Source: Laetmonice hystrix (taxonomy: Eukaryota). From it: a stretch of DNA of 64,000 bases. The stretch lies in the NCBI GenBank assembly GCA_965235115.1, contig OZ249437.1:52266001-52330000 (forward strand), written 5' to 3'. Within the stretch, counting starts at the first letter, position 1, and every line of letters starts with the position of its first letter. The notes under the pieces were generated by a model. The model had not been told where the DNA came from. It saw only the letters and a list, made by a program, of their open reading frames with translations, and searched no databases. The position numbers and the translations under genes were made by a program. Below are positions 40,980 to 53,346 of the stretch, piece after piece.

Positions 40980-43657
40980 AGTCCCAAAATGCACAATCTC
41001 ATAAATGAATCCTGATTACATGTAGCAGCAGTCCTCGTGTTAGTGGTGGGGGGTAGATGAAACCACCTTACCACATTGCTAACGCTCTCTTCAGGTATGA
41101 GAACCTAATCGACAACTTTACACCTTTGGCAGGCCGGCATGTATACCCGTGGAGTTGGGGAAGTGAGCAGCTGGTTCAATCGACCAGTCAGATAGCTCTA
41201 CAGCCTCTATGTCCCCTTTAGGACGAGGCCGCCCGGCGCTGGCGACATCAACAGCTCCAGCACAGCCTTTCTATTGGACGACAAAAAACGCTGCGTTAAG
41301 ATCTAATAAAGCTAACTTAATGAGTCTGGTCCGCACAATTGTGCGATTTTACTCTATGAAAATGTTGATCTTGCCAATTGAATTAAACCCGCGCCACAAT
41401 GTCACGCTCGGTGTGTAATTGACAGCTAATATGAAAAGCAAGTGACAAATAGACATGGAAATTGGCGGACAATTCAGTAAATCGTTCGCCTTTTTATGTC
41501 TGTTTGATTCCTACATTCTTAGGCACTATACATGACTAATACCCACTGATTCGGGTTCCAATAAAAGGGACAAAGGGGCGGTTCTATAGGTCATCGGATG
41601 TCAATGTCGGCACTTAGATACCGTTGTAGTATTATTCCACCACAGCGGCGTATCACCACACACCCGGATACATGTAGTTCTCCTGGCAAACCACAAGAAC
41701 GAATGAGACATAATAGATCCCTAAAAGTCGCCGCGATCTGGATTCAGACCGTGGTACAAAATATAGCTTTCCCATGAAGGTGTTGTCGGTGGACACTCCT
41801 GTAAAGGGCATTGCCGCTTACTCACTTCATCAGTTACTAAAGAGGGGCACAGCTTCTATACTCATTGATCTTACAGAGGGCACTCTCTAAAACAACCCCA
41901 ATCAGTGAGCTGTAGAACCAGCTTTTCATGCTGCCGGGACACGAGACTACAAGACATACTGAGTAGAGAGCAATAAAGCCTGTCCTCTGGCAGGGACAGA
42001 CGACATGGCTCGACAGCAGGCATCTGTACGGGCGGTCTGCTGCCCGTCAAACCCGACGGTCTGACAGTGGCCAAACGTCTCCATCAGACATGCTAATCAA
42101 GCACATCATCACCGCCCTCTCCTCATCCATTACACGGCCTCCTGCCACCAGGAGCCACTGCGCCACGGTCAGCCACTGTTTACTCAATAAATTAACACAA
42201 CCAATGTCTTTCTCTTAAATGACCTGTCATCATTATTGAAACCTGCCCTCTGGGTGACCTGCCATGGCCTAAACGTCTCTGCGCCACCATAGAACCCATT
42301 AATATGAACCTAATAACGATGAAGCGAGGACCGTTATATTCGTTTAGAACAGTCACTGCCCCTAAACAAGGAGAAAAGTAAGCACATAGTTTATTGATAT
42401 ATATTGGGACTTTCATCGAATCATTTTATGATACCCCGCTGTTTGTCTTTCACTTACCCACTTTGGCTATCCACCAAGAGGTCTCACCGGATGTGTTGAT
42501 GTGTTGACCACTGTTGTCACATGACACCCGGGAGATGAAACGATCACAGAACTAACCTGAACCCGAGGTTGTCATACGACACCTCGCGTACAAGACAGGA
42601 GCCAACACCTCGACTGGTACAAACATGGTCATGATTAAAGGCGACTGATAGAACGACAAACTCGGAGCAATGCCTATACTCTCACAACCCATCTCCTTCG
42701 GGTGAGCTTCTTCAAGTTACACTAACAGAACAGCTGTTGCAATGATCACCTCAAGCCCTCAATAGCACTATGAGGTTGACAGCAACAAATCGCTGTCTAA
42801 TTTATATCAAATGTCCAAAGAGAAACAGAATGACCTCATGCTAATCTACTGTCAGGTGATATCATGGGCTTCAGGGTGATGAGAAAACGGTCCGTATTAT
42901 ACCGTCACAGGGAAGTCGGCATGGGGTGCGGGTACTGGCATGCTATTCCTGGAATCCTGGAAGTCAGATCAAGTGGGGTGAGGAAGTGCGGGCCTGGGGA
43001 GTAAACAGCCATGCCAGGTTCAGAGAGGGATTATCAAGTTTATCAGATGTCACAAAAACCTCTCATATCATTCACATAACTTGTACTAGCGCTCCAACAA
43101 CTTGTTGACCCACCTTGTGCTCCAAGAATTGACATCATATAATTGTTCTCGGAACTTGGCAGCAGCCCTCACCAAGCGGATACAAGGAACAATAGTTTGT
43201 TCAAAATATCATTGTTACTTGACCGATTTAATCCTAATCATGTGAGGGATTCTGTCTTGATCTGGAGAAAGGCTTCCAGATTGACATTATGAATCAAAAG
43301 TTGAGAAGCAAATGTTTCAAGTCATTTCTAATGATTTAAGCATGATATTTCAGACATACGAAAAACGACAACTCGTAATCCAGAAGCAAATGCAGCCTAT
43401 AGCATTGTCCCATGACACTGTAAGGGCTTCATAGTCCACGCTGTTTTAGCACTACCGTCCAATTTTCGATCGATTCTCTACCTCTCTCACAATTCTAACC
43501 CAGGGGGGCATTCTTAATTATAAAGTGGTTAATTTTTTTTCTCTCTTATTTTTTAGATGGCTTCAAGTTTTTCCCCTAAATTCGGCTGGAGCTTTATTTC
43601 GCCACCCTACCAGGAAAGCAGGACTGACAGGTTGAAAGGGCCAGCTTGATGCTCCCA

Positions 43658-43681
43658 CTGCTGCTGCTGCTGCTGCTGCTG
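43658..43681 (+). repeat. (CTG)8 microsatellite
   Basis: Eight perfect CTG units. They give poly-Leu on + and poly-Gln on - in the ORF track. Confidence 0.97.
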
Positions 43682-44442
43682 CAGAAGGGGAGACAGGGGC
43701 AGTACAAGAGGGGTAGGCCTGGGTGGGTTGAGCGTGGGGATGCTTGGCGCCCCGCTCCCAGACCCATTCATCATGTGAATCCCAGCCTGGGCCAGCACCT
43801 CGCTGTGGCCGATCCTGGGTCAGCCCCACTGCCAGCAGCAGCAGCTTTATGGATGGAGAAGGCCCTGCATCAGGCACCAGTCCACTCTCGAGGTCTGGAC
43901 ATTGTTGGGGACACTGGCAAGATGGATCTTCCCGTGAGTTAAAAGTCTGGCAATTCTGTAGGACACTGGCATGAAGGACCCTTCCCGGTATGACCGGAGA
44001 CTTGCTGTGTACCGCCCGATGTAAGGAATTTGACAAGCCCTTCTTCCTTTGGTACAAGTTTGGGCAACAGAGTAGGACCCTATGGGTTCGTGATAATAAT
44101 AATTTTCTAATTACATGTATTATCTTTAATCGTGACGAGTATCCAAACCCCTATCAGGAGCAATAGAAACTCTTCTCTGTATCATAAGGCCTGGCCTTGA
44201 AAATAAAACACTGGTCCCGATGTGGGTATATGTCCATAGGAGCCACCGACAACCATATCACGAATTTGACAATGAAACTCCACCAGAACAATTTCTACAA
44301 ATACGCTAGACAACTCGTGAAATTAGACCGTATGACGGGCATGATTTAATTACTTGGATTTACACAGCTTGTCCTCTCAGCATCTATTTAAAAAGAAACA
44401 GGGTGATGACTCGACTTGCTTAGAATCTTGATTAATAGAGAT

Positions 44443-44853
44443 AAGATGACAACCATTATTCCTTGAGTCCGGGAACCTTTATCGGCAGATAAATATTACA
44501 CCCCATTCACTAAAACCAATAATATACCATAATGAATCCAACGATTCCATTTTTATAATGTGCCCTCACAAATACTGTGTATTAATTACGCAGAACTACA
44601 AAAGACTGTACAAAAACCTGTCAGCTTTAATTGTAAGGAATTGATGTTCTCAAAAGGGCATCACTAGGCACCTATACAGCAAAGGTCAACCATAGAACTG
44701 CAATTGAACGGTTAACGTATGGCGCTCCCCTCCCCATCCCAACCTCCAAATATAACGGCAAGGCCAAACACTTCTCAGCGGCATCCTTCGTTATGTTTTC
44801 ATTGAGTGAAATATGACAACACAAATATGATGGAAGATTACAACCATTATTCC
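44443..44853. repeat. 20-bp direct repeat pair, 391 bp apart
   Basis: AAGATGACAACCATTATTCC (44443-44462) and AAGATTACAACCATTATTCC (44834-44853), 19/20 identical. Confidence 0.8.
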
Positions 44854-45645
44854 GGATGGCTGGATAAAAAATACCTCACTCCAAACTGAAACTGATGTAA
44901 AGAATATATTTGTAATATGTGGTTGCTTGTGGATATATTGCACACGTTTTAATGTTAATTTACGATAAATGAAATTAGTGTATGTGTCGATCAGTGTTTA
45001 TTATGCCGCATGGCATTGCACGGGGGGTTGGGACATCTTGCCGGATCATTGTCAGGGGCACAGACTCAGGTAAGTTTCAAGCCCCCCACCCCGTACCCGT
45101 GAACCTTTAATTTTACATCACACACATCTCATTATAAAGAAACAAATAAAATAAATAACTACAATAAATAAAATATGAATAATTAAAAAGAAAACACGTG
45201 TGCAAGAAGTTACTAAGTCTTTCAAACTTAAAAAATTTACTAAATAAATGATAGCAACATCACTTCAAGATTACGTCTTATGCATATCATATTAATAAAG
45301 AAATAACACCCGCCAGCAACATATGGATCTAGAAAAACTGCGATTGTTCCGTTGTTAAATATTCGCTTCCACGTTTGTATTCATATCAACCAAGACTCTC
45401 CCCACTGCCGACAAAATAGTATTTTTCATGGAAACATATTTTTAAAATGTGATGCTCGCTGAATGTCCTGTATGTTTTTGCTAGTATGCTGCAATGTGTG
45501 TTGAGGCGAGAGTAGTTAGTTGGGTCGGCGTGTGTGTATGACTGCTGCTTTCTTATGGCTGTGCTGAATCGGTGACAGCTATCAATCCAGATAGTGGTGG
45601 CCGCGCCACAGCACCACCAAGACCACTGCCACCCCCAGTGGTGGA

Positions 45646-45930
45646 GATGGTGGTGCTGTGGTGGTGGTGGCGGCGGCGGTGTGGAAGTGGTGCTAGGCAG
45701 TGGTGGTTCCATAGCGGTGGCTGCCTTGCTTGCTTGCCTGTCGGCCCTCCCTCCTTCCCTCCCTCCCTCCCACCTACAGAAAGTGGTGCGCGGCGGTGCT
45801 CCCTCCGCACACTGGTGCAAGCAGTGGGCATGTTGTGCCATGGATGGTCTTATACAGGTATGGCACCAGCACCACTGCCTGCCACCACACACAGCAGCCG
45901 CCGCCGCCACCACCACCATGCACCACCATC
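45646..45930. repeat. Imperfect inverted repeat in GTG/CAC-rich low-complexity DNA
   Basis: Left 45646-45679 GATGGTGGTGCTGTGGTGGTGGTGGCGGCGGCGG vs the reverse complement of 45898-45930, GATGGTGGTGCATGGTGGTGGTGGCGGCGGCGG. An inner exact pair, AGGCAGTGGTG (45695-45705) / CACCACTGCCT (45870-45880), extends the arms. Confidence 0.75.
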
Positions 45931-47780
45931 ACCTGCACAGCCTGGGACAGATACTTTCCTCTGATGTGCTCCTTACTTGTGTACTGCCTGGATGCACCAA
46001 GCCCATGGAGTCTCTGCTTCAACTCCAAACCCTGTCCAACCACACCATCATATAAACCGATTTTAATGACCGTTCTGCTCTATCCTTTCTATTGTACACT
46101 ATCTGTTCCAATGGGTGTGAGAACAAAACGGCTGGTTCTTATTTTTGTACCACCTGTACTTGTATTGGTGCATCTAAATTAGGGTCAATGAAGTTGTCTG
46201 ATAAAGGTAAAGCTGTCTGTGATAAGGCTGACTCACATCCATTGGGCAAATGGGTGCCGTAGTGTAGGGGTTGGGCCCGGGGGGGGGGGGGTAGGGTAGG
46301 AGTAGGGGATGAATGCACACTTCAAAAACTCTACTCTTGGCATCCTGACTTAATTTAGACGGTCTTTCTTCTGATTCGACTATCATATATGTATCTAATA
46401 TGTAGACTTCGCCAACGTTCATTTAACTATATAAAAAAAACTCAGTCCATCATCACCGCCCATGTCGCCAATATACACCGTCAACACTGCCCATGTACCC
46501 CCACTCTAAGCACCCCTTCAACTCTACCCCACGACATCCCCCCCCCCCCAATACTCCCGGGGCGCCCCCTCCCCCTCACAACACACACTCCCAACCCGGA
46601 CTTCCAAGCCCCACCCTGCTACACCAGGAGACATCATTGTTGTATCCACACACGATTAGACACCCTCTGCCCCCTCTCCGTCACCCCCACCCTCTCTCTC
46701 CCTCTCCTAGTATCTGAATCTAACTTGAATATTCCCTGCTGCCTATAAGCTCTGCGAAGCCCATCTTTGAATTATTGACCAAGTGATCACTTACACATTG
46801 GCCTGACAGGCGTGCTGGGAAGGGCCAGTCTATGGCTAGTGTGTGTGGGTGAATGTTGCAAGAAGTGTACAATATTAACCAGTTGGGCCCAGCCATATGT
46901 CACCCAGTAATGCTGTAGTCTCCAGCCCCCCTTTAATATATTCAACCATCCCACTTGCCCGTGTCTCATCGTCAGTGCCCCCTCAGACTTTCACAACCCG
47001 GCCACTCCGACTGGCAGGCGGCGGGCTTTAACACGGTGCTACTTCCAGGTAGGCGAAGATAACGCTGACCAACGATTCCCAGCCTGTGATAAAAGTCTGT
47101 TCTCCGGACCGTAAATAGACGGCGGCACAATTCATACAACATTGATTGATGCTTTTCAACCTGCCACACCTCACATTTGGACTGCGCCAAAGTTTACTGT
47201 ACATAAATGACACAACCGGCCCACAGTGGTTGATTTATTGAGTTCAACGGCGCAGTCTATTACACCACAGGGGGGTGCAGCCTGTGGCCTCCTTAACTCC
47301 CGATTCCATGTATATTTCTGCATTGTGCAACTTTTACGGTCACTCACACCTAAACCAGGGTAAACGAATCTTTGAGTAGCGGGGATATCGCCGACTTTGG
47401 TTCGACGTTACAGATTGAATTTCGCAGGAGTCGGTGGAGGATCTATCAATTTCTTTTTCTGAGAAAACGCCATGAAATTATGGAGCTGTGAAATAACTGT
47501 GTCGGCATTGTTCTAATGTGCCATGGCGGAGACCCCGAATGATGTTATGTTCCTGATATTTACTCAGGCAGTAATCTGCACCCAGCTTTGCCTCTTTCTC
47601 GGACCTTGAAGACAAAACGGACACAATTTAACCCTATCTTTAATGCGTGGCCAGCCAGTGGATCCTTTGCCCCAAATAACTAAATTTATCTTGATCTTGT
47701 CTTGTTCGGTCACAGCATCCCTGGGTTACTCACGTTCCCACGAACACCACCCCACCCTCAACCAACTGTGACCTTTCAAT

Positions 47781-47822
47781 ATTATACCAACGAGTATAGA
47801 ATTCTATACTCGTTGATTATAC
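47781..47822. repeat. Perfect 28-bp palindrome flanked by 7-bp direct repeats
   Basis: ATTATAC (47781-47787) + CAACGAGTATAGAATTCTATACTCGTTG (47788-47815, self-complementary) + ATTATAC (47816-47822). Confidence 0.95.
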
Positions 47823-48328
47823 TTATCCCTGGTATGTAGTCAAATTAGTAGGACTCCTTACGGTAATAGGGCAGAAAATGATCTAGTTTGGATAGGTACC
47901 TACGTATCAGCCCGCTTCTTAAAAGATTGTCTTTTAAATTATTTTTTTTTACTTTAAGTTAGCCTTAATCTCATGTCTCAATAATGGTCAAATCATCCAC
48001 CTCATCCAGTTTTTAAGAAAACATGTTTTTAGACTTTTAGTATTTTTGATAACTGTACGAGATTCCTTCATATACATGTAGTGTACTTGACTTTTGTATG
48101 CCATTACCCGTCTATAATCGTCGGGAATCGAGCGCACCGACTGATTTTGAGAACTTTTGGAACCCAAGTTGGCGGCTACTTGTGCGCTCAACCAGGTCAT
48201 GACCCCTGAGTTAGGTATCACAAAGCTATATAGAACACCACGTGCGTACGTGGACTCTTGCCACAATCTACCTCTTTAAATCGTCCCCAGCACGAGTCAT
48301 AAACCGGCATGGCATGGCACCTAACCTA

Positions 48329-48348
48329 CCCCCCCCCCCCCCCCCCCC
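48329..48348 (+). repeat. Poly-C tract (C20)
   Basis: 20 consecutive C. Confidence 0.97.
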
Positions 48349-49315
48349 ATCTACATATTGACCCAGTGACTGAATATTACAAGGTCTCCGATGACAATGT
48401 AAATCCGCACACTCTGATTCATTATGCATGGACTCGCACCTTGTATTGACACTTTTAATAATTTCATTAAATGTGTCGGTATTTTGTCTGTAATTTGAGA
48501 TCAGAATACTCACTGTCATCCCAACCGCCCCTCCACTCACCTGGAGAGGGTCTATTTGGATTAGGTTAAATATTCACAAATTTCCTGGCCAACGCTTTGT
48601 GCAAGTTTACTCATTACATTTAGCAAAGTGGCTACCTCGACATGGTTAGATTGTATCAACTACGGAGATGGACTCAGAAGTATGTTCACTTTTCAGTTTT
48701 TTGAGCTCATGACCTGCTTTTTATTCCTCACGATTTATTTACGCTAATAACGTCTACTACACACTTCCTACGGGTTGTCTGTTGTTCCAACATACGACCA
48801 CTCATTGACGAGAAACTTTACCTGGCGATATCTCCAAAAATGTCCCGCCAATCTCTGCGGCAAGTATGCATATACGTTGACACCTTCCAGCCTACCTTTT
48901 ATCAATAGTTTGACACATACACACCCTAACTCCTGCCAACCACCTGTATGACGTATGTAGTGTACCTGTTAGACAACATTAGTGACACTAGACCGGCAGT
49001 ACTCCAGGTACCACAACCCCTGCTTGGGCCCATTCCATAAACAAACATGAAACAAGTTGTCCAAACTCATCTTAAACTGACCACATCAACGAGAATTCAT
49101 CCCAGTCGTTTTAAACTGTCCATCTCTGTCCACCTTGGAAAATCATTGCACATGTTTACTTAAAACTAAGTCGATCTACAAGCAATCAATCATCCAGATA
49201 GACTTGGATGACACACTGGATCCAGGAATAAAGATCTTCAGACACCACCGGACTGACCACACGGAATCTTGTACAAGCACTCGTCCAGGTTACAGGAGAA
49301 AGGAGATTCCCATCA

Positions 49316-49624
49316 TTCGTGGACATTCAATCCACCTGACAACCCCTAGTGTTTGGTTGAATTCAAAATCCTTCACGGGAGAGAAATAGAGTAGTGATGG
49401 AGGTTTACTCCGAGACTGTCTCTACCAACTCGGAGATCAATACCTAAAGAGTGCACAAACACCTGACCCAAGTTCACATAGCAACAGCCACATAAATATA
49501 TAAGTAACTGATAGGATATATTCATCATAATTATCTCAAGTATTTTGTTGACAGGTTCGTGACATTCATTAGGATGATCCACCCCCTTTACATTTAGCCT
49601 CAAATCCAATTTAGCAAAGAAACA
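49316..49624 (+). mobile_element. Possible degenerate Penelope-like (PLE) reverse transcriptase remnant
   Basis: Traces in order: FVDIQS (49316-49333), YQLGDQY (49423-49443), YFVDRFV (49541-49561), PQIQFSKET (49598-49624). They recall the PLE RT motifs SFDV.SL, F.FNG..Y, RYVDD and P.I.FT.E. The region is frameshifted, contains stops and lacks the DD dyad. Confidence 0.25.
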
Positions 49625-49948
49625 GCAAACCCGCACTCAAAATTCAAAAACCGTTGACCAGTCCCTTCTTCACTCATTTATTAAACTGTTATTATAATTA
49701 AATAACTTTCACAGCTTTTCCAAAGGAATGGTCAAAGAGCACACATAGCAATCCAAAGTCTACGTGAGCGCAGATCATCAGGAACTGCGAGACCGTTACA
49801 TGAGAAAAATCATACCCCAGCCAAAGTCTAAGGTTTAGGTAATACGGTTAGGTATGCTCAACAAACCAGAAAAGACTTGTATTAAATGTTTGGCATTCAA
49901 ATGAGCGGATGGCGTCTAAATGCGTGGGTGTCAAATAATCGTGAAGCT

Positions 49949-49976
49949 CCCCCCACCCCCACCCCCACCCCCACCC
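49949..49976 (-). other. G-quadruplex-forming motif (GGGGGT)n on the minus strand
   Basis: The plus strand reads C6-A-C5-A-C5-A-C5-A-C3, i.e. five G-runs with 1-nt loops on the minus strand. Confidence 0.8.
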
Positions 49977-50217
49977 TACCTTCCACACACCGGCAGACCC
50001 ACCCATTCACGACGACATCTTGGTACTCCAGTGTGTCCAGAACAGAAGCAACCATGGTATTTCATGATATTTTTCAAGTTAAACCCCACTGCTTGGTCAC
50101 CTTTCTTACACCTGTCGGCCGGTGGCAAACACACCAGCACCGCCATCAGCCCGGTCTCCCCGGTGGCAGGCCTGTTGGATCTCGCGCTCATGTTGCCATC
50201 AGTACCTCTACACGACC

Positions 50218-50231
50218 AGCCATCTAGTGGC
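50218..50231 (-). promoter_or_regulatory. CTCF-like motif
   Basis: The minus strand reads GCCACTAGATGGCT, containing the core CCACTAGATGGC. Confidence 0.3.
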
Positions 50232-53200
50232 AAGCGCACGAACTGTTGGCTTCGCATACGTTAGGGCGGTGAGCATGTGTGCGGCCAGCATGTAAGGGCG
50301 ATCAGTACCGTACCGGGCCGATAGGGAGCAGTGCAACAGAGCTGCTCCCTTTGGACAGCCACTGTCAAAAATTTAGTCATCCAACATTTCTCATGATCGT
50401 CAGGGCCATATGTCAACGGACAATATTTGCCTAAATAAGGTCTGGTACGTTACCTTGACATGGAGAGAAATACGATTGAAAGTGAAATCACAGTAAAACC
50501 AGATTTCTGTGTGTACATAATAAATGTTATACGATGTATATCTGTATGTTGATATTAAACTGTGTTGAGGTGGAGGTGAGCTTTGACACTCTACACAAAA
50601 TTGGAACACTTTCTTCCTTTTATCAGCCTTTCAAAAAGGAATGACATAATTGAAAGGACGGGTGTATACATAAACGACCGGGGGGGGGGGGGTAATAATA
50701 TACATGCACTATATAAACTATGGGTACACCAAACGAAGCTCCAGCTTTACAGCAGGACTGAAGTTAACTGAAATTCTCTAATGACTCGCCTTTTGAATTA
50801 AAGAGAGCAAGTTAAAATGAAGCACATACGGTCTATTTATTTACCTTTTTGAGGGGAAGGGTCAACGAGACCTGTTTTTATTATAGCAATATAATATTAC
50901 AAGGTTAAATAAAGATTGTGGCGACATGGAGTAGGAAATACAGGTTGCACGAAACTGAGTGAAATATCAATGTTGGCATGTAATAAACTTGCGGGTAGCA
51001 GTTTCGATTTCATTGACACTTATAAACAAATCCTGGTCATATGTACACGACTTACTATCCAAGAAGAAACACCGTTGTCACATTCATTTTCCTCCGGAGC
51101 ATGCAAGCGCCCAAATTGAATGGGGCCAGGCAAAAGTACCAGAAACATGGGCTGTTCCACTTAAAAGTCATCCACCCCAAAGCAACTCGTGTGCAACCAA
51201 GCGCAGCGTTTCCCACTAAGAATCTAGGTTACAGGGAGGGCCTAGCGATGGAGACATCAACACTGCAAGTGACCCTGTAAAAAGTCACTCTCTTCTGCCC
51301 TGTGGCCAAAAACAGTGCGGTTCGCCGGAGCGGCAAATCCGGCGAATCCCTCCCTCCCCCAACTTCGCCATGCCCTGCTGGCCGGCTATACTCCCACAGT
51401 TCTACCATTTGCTACACAGGTGGCGCTCCAGCTAAACGACCGTGTCTCTCTCCGTTGGAACACGGATGGCTAGGACTGCGAGCGTAAAGGCTCTAGTACA
51501 ACTGTACCTGAGAGCTGAACACGCCTGAAGAGGCTAAGCTGATAGCTGTCCATGAGCACCTACACTGTGGTCATTTTCACCGTCTGTACGAGTAGAACCG
51601 TATCAATTACAGCAGGTTATCAGTGGCTCTATCCAACTCTAGAGTACAGCTGTATGATGCCGGTTGTACACGTTGTGAGAGCGCAGGTCCTCTAGGATTT
51701 GGTTTTGAGAAGAGCGACGCAAGTCTCCTGCCCTGGAGTCTTTTGTTCAGTATTTGATGAATCTATATATAATATCGTAATCTTTACACTTACCATGACG
51801 GTTACATAGGGGGATAAAACGAAGAAGAAACTTGCTGCTACTCTGGAAATCTTACGTTTCAGGGGAAACATGCCCAACGTCCCTGTGACTGTTTTTTTCA
51901 TTCCCCAATCTCAACCCCATCTCACCTTTTATCCTTCTGGAATAAAATTCTATTCGCTGTTCTGGTTTGCCCTGTCCCCTATCTCCATTAATTAGCTGAC
52001 CTGCAGTGGCATGAACCCGGACCAGGCCGGTCAGTGTTGGGAGGAGAAACTGGTCAGCCTGGAAAAATATATAGAAACAACCCTATAGCATAGGCATACT
52101 GGGTTTACCCTATTATTGGGAAGAACGCTGGTCTTCCTAGGACAATGTCGAAATGGTTATCATTTGGACACTGATCAGTTTAATATGACCTCCTGTCCAT
52201 CCTAGAACATCAATGGGAGGTAAAATATGGTCCGCCCTTGAACGTCGATACTTGGGGAGAACACTGTGTGCCGGTGGAGAACTCCCATTGTGCTGGGTCC
52301 AACCGGAGAGTGGTGCAGCAGCATGTAGCCAAAACCGCGTGTGGAGAGACCTGACCTAAATACCCAGCACTGACCTGGCCATGGGGCAAACCAGGCCGCG
52401 CTGACCTAAATACTCGCCCCCTGCCAACAGCCACATAACCTATATGCACAAAACACCGCAGCATGGCCATTTTTTTCTCCTGTTGTCTGCTTTACCATCC
52501 TCCTCCAGTTGAACTTTCTGATAGCACAGGTTGGAAAATTATAAAAAAAATTAAAATCTGGTTCTAACAACAGCATTGGATAAAGATTACTTGTCCTGCC
52601 AATAGCGAGTATAATATCCCCCACCTACGACAGAACAAAAAGGACTTTACCTTCAACGCACTTAAAATGCCTCAAGTGTTGCCTTATATCTACAATAAAA
52701 GAGCACTGAAAGATGCTTAACTAGTAAGAGGAAAACCGATTTCCTGTGAATGCATCTACATATAACCCATGTTATCGATGGATGGGCAGCGTATTGCGTT
52801 CAGCATATTTTAACTTCTCATGGCTTCCCTCCTGACAACTGCAATCAGGAAACTAAGCTGTCAATGGCAGACTTGGGATCTTTTGAGATTGTCCCCTCAG
52901 AGCACAGTTGAAATAACAGATATACAGAACTAACACCGTTACGACCTTGTGACTTTTGACGTGAACATTTTTTGTTGTACTTCACAAAGCTCCTGCCGAA
53001 CGAAAATTAAATTTCAAGACATAGCTCCACCCAAATGAAATCTAACTTTCCAAAGGACTGATCTAGTGACCACGTCATGCGGTACTAGTAAGTAGTATTT
53101 TTTGTAGAGCTCAAAGACGGCAAAGAGTGGCCAAAAAAAATCAGGATTTTGACCGTTTTCCTTCACGATCTTTAGTAGTCTAGTTCAGCTTTGCAATGAG

Positions 53201-53325
53201 GGTGTACTTAATGTCACTTTACACCCCTTTTTACCCCCGCAATGGCGCGTTCCCTATGGCTGTGGGTTTCTGGCTGTGTACCCGTACCCTGTGTATCAGT
53301 ACGTATACTACTGGGTTATATAGGT

Positions 53326-53346
53326 GGGGGGTGGGGGTGGGGTGGG
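53326..53346 (+). other. G-quadruplex-forming motif
   Basis: G6-T-G5-T-G4-T-G3: four G-runs with single-T loops. Confidence 0.8.

Noticed and set aside
45386-46182. Six overlapping ORFs of 89-177 aa
   Set aside because: Stop-poor GTG/CAC low-complexity DNA explains them on both strands.
52351-52413. CTGACCTAAATAC repeated 50 bp apart
   Set aside because: A 13-bp match at this range is only marginally above chance and has no associated structure.
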